Positions 61,701-64,000 of a DNA stretch of 64,000 bases are shown piece by piece. The translations under genes and the position numbers were made by a program. Below the pieces are notes generated by a model. It saw only the letters and a list, made by a program, of their open reading frames with translations, was not told where the DNA came from and searched no databases. How positions within the stretch are numbered: position 1 is the first letter of the stretch; every line of letters starts with the position of its first letter. The stretch lies in assembly GCF_031769215.1 (NCBI RefSeq), contig NW_026782129.1:372001-436000 (forward strand), given 5' to 3'. The stretch comes from Ylistrum balloti. Lineage: Eukaryota.

Positions 61701-63343
61701 AGAATGTTATAATTTCAATGCTTGAAACCATCAAATATCATAGTAAGGATGTGATTTCTAGTATTCTATGAAAATTTATCTCAAACTGATCAGACAGAAG
61801 GAGATATACCATGAAGTTATCGTAAGGTATTCACAAGGGTACTCTCAGACATTTACATGTAAGAATGATAAAGAGTGAAGATAGTTTGGAGGTAGGCACT
61901 ACAGTAGATAGTTTGGAGGTAGGCACTACAGTCTTCTACTTAATTAATTGAAATTTATTGAATCTTCTATTTCCTGTCAATCATAGAATATAGAATAAAA
62001 ATGCTGGATCTTCTATTTCCTTTCAAAGAAAAGTGCTGATTTTTTTAAATGGTGTAGGTGAGAAGGCCATGAAGAAGAAGATGCTGTGTGTGAGATACAT
62101 GTCCTGCACTCTCACTAACGATGCCATTGCTGAACTCATTATCCTGTCTAAGGGTGTGCGACGCCCACCTAACGGCTACAACCTAGTAGGGTAGGTCTTG
62201 TCTGCAGGGCAGAAAACAATCTAGGAAATCATAGGAAATATCTAGATCATACTTAAACAGGCTACCCTAGTCTACTAATACCCGAAACAAGAAACATTCT
62301 TACTATCAATTTTTGGTTGATATTGAGGAGAAACTGGGTCTAAAATCAACTTCTTTATAGGAAGATTTAATTTTGCCTCACTTACAGCAAGTCTTTTCAA
62401 GCATCACTGGATCACAAATATCAAAGAGCTGTTGATTACCAGGTATTAAGTACTAAGTTCAACCATTGATATGAATTATTGTCAGTATTATCTGAACTAT
62501 GTATTTAGAATTTGGATCAAATTGCCCATGTCCGAGGTCTCTTCATTTATTCCCAATTCCTTTTACCGCTATTTCTCGAGAAGTGATTGATGGACCTTTT
62601 TTGAAATTTCACATTTGAGTTTCACTCGGTCTGTGAAGAGCCTGTTTTATTTTGGGACTGATCAGAAAAACAGAATGACTGACAGGTAGAGGGGTCATTT
62701 TGGATTTTGTCTGAGTTTTTTTACCACTGTTTCTTGAGAAGTACCAGATATATATTTTTTTTTCAAATCTCATATACATGTGTAATATATAAATATAGGC
62801 AACCATTTTTCAAATTTCTTATAAGAGCAAAAATAGAGGAAGAATAGAAAAGAAGTGAAAAGATCCAACTTTGAAAGAACATAATAAAACCAAGAGGTTA
62901 TTGATGCCAAGATCCCTATTGAATCTCTTGTTCTTATTCCTAGGGCTCAGCTGAATTTGTTTATAAATTTTGGGAGCAAGTGTTATGTTACAAATTTTAG
63001 CAAGTTTTTCAAGCAGTGTTGGATTGTAGATATCAATGGGCTTTTGGTCATCAAATAGTTCAAATATTTACATGCAGTTACATGAAATATGTCATCAATA
63101 AGTTAGCTATGCTCCAAACAAAAATTTTAAAATATTATACATATGTTCTGTAAGTACCACTACAACCTGATTTTTAATGAAAATTGTTTTTGTTTTTCAT
63201 TTTAGAGAACTAAATAACATGGCACTTTGTTTCAAGATGGCAGCATTTCGTTCTCCTACAACCGACACACAGCAAAACAATGCAGCTCCAACATACATGC
63301 CGAACACGCCTAACTACAATAAAGAATCTCCCCTGAATAACAT
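58716..63343 (+). CDS. MVB12: Multivesicular body subunit 12 (ESCRT-I, MABP domain), 3' part outside the window; exons 58716-58793, 60425-60532, 61517-61607, 62058-62190, 63206-63343
   Basis: Spliced product MSNSDWPITSVTVVTDPSKCPAGFTI|IDKTYDKRDDADLWRDGYFGKRICRYMCVER...|NKDVLVDVAVINDKDPIPAGFTCIDST...|REKAMKKKMLCVRY...AIAELIILSKGVRRPPNGYNLVG|ELNNMALCFKM matches the MVB12 MABP signature (DADLW.DG.F...RYLC). Phases are consistent. Confidence 0.93.
60930..61548. repeat. 80-bp minisatellite, 8 copies; the last copy is the functional acceptor and first 32 nt of MVB12 exon 61517-61607
   Basis: TG(C/T)TGTACTGTTTTAGAATAAAGA recurs at 60941, 61021, 61101, 61181, 61261, 61341, 61421 and 61501. Confidence 0.96.
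61879..61932. repeat. 27-bp perfect tandem duplication
   Basis: AGATAGTTTGGAGGTAGGCACTACAGT occurs twice, at 61879 and 61906. Confidence 0.85.
62520..62932 (-). mobile_element. Interspersed element in an MVB12 intron; same family as 51224-51805, opposite orientation
   Basis: The minus strand reads AACAAGAGATTCAATAGGGATCTTGGCATC...AAAGTTGGATCTTTTCACTTCTTTTCT...AAGAAATTTGAAAA, then TTTTTCTGATCAGTCCCAAAATAA...AAAGGTCCATC. Confidence 0.7.
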
Positions 63344-64000
63344 GTAAGTAAAAATGTTCTGAAAACATACTTCTGTTTAGACTTGTTATGTTTAAGTAAA
63401 TTTCGGTTGTGTTTTTATCAGGAATATACTATGCTATTGTTTGTGATGCATGATTTTTACCCAGTAGTTTGACCATTTGACAGGCCGCCTGTATGTTGTT
63501 CATTGAGGTACCCACCAGCTACTACAATGAGACTCTGCCTTAAAATGACCATGGCTGTTCCCTGGTTATTCCCTGGCCATTAAACCCAGAAAAAACCCAC
63601 CCCTCATCAGTATGTTTGGAGCTAAAAATTTTTCACTGGTCAGCCTCACCTCTCACTAATGTTCAGTCCTGATTAATTGGTTGAACTTGAAAAGGAAAGA
63701 AGTCATTTAAAAACCTTTTGCCCTTGGTCAACTGGTTGTTTTGTGTTTAGATGAAGTTTTTAGACAGCTGTACAGGAAGAATATATATTAATCACTTCCT
63801 TGTTGTTGTGTGTTTAGGGGAGGTGTTGGGACAGCTCTACCATATGCTATCAACCCTGCAGCAAACCATGCCAGACCAGGACTTGACAGAACCAACAGTA
63901 TTGCTGGTATGGGCAGTAATCACCGTAAGTATCTGTTCAGTACTGTTAAGTGAATGTAAATGATAATATTCAGCTTCCTATCTAATTTGCTGTATTTGGT

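Noticed and set aside
26492-63343. U12-type or non-canonical introns
   Set aside because: All modelled introns are GT-AG, and no donor has the RTATCCT signature.

Overview
AT-rich animal genomic DNA, probably from a bivalve mollusc (inferred from intron-rich genes and the repeat types). I assembled five spliced genes by hand from GT-AG junctions with consistent reading frame. (1) A two-exon Shaw/Kv3-like voltage-gated K+ channel subunit (-, 16631..7147, 526 aa) with an atypical S4 and S6 gate. (2) EXD3/mut-7 (-, 17 coding exons, 39978..26492). (3) DPM2 (+, 42187..45292). (4) A DSN1-like kinetochore protein (-, 56071..48957). (5) MVB12 (+, 58716 to beyond the window end). EXD3/DPM2 and DSN1/MVB12 form two head-to-head pairs. 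A decayed Kv paralog absent from the ORF track lies at about 2745-3440 (-). The window also holds at least ten minisatellite arrays, L1/Tx1 and CR1/L2 LINE remnants, tRNA-SINE heads and several HINE/MITE-like elements. The most unusual signal is minisatellites built from, or ending on, functional splice junctions. An 80-bp array repeats an MVB12 3' splice site eight times, and one EXD3 exon sits between an array of copied acceptors and an array of GTGAGT donors. Every copied acceptor that retains its AG leads to a premature stop. Most short ORFs in the supplied track are not genes. All homology calls come from motif recognition, not database searches.
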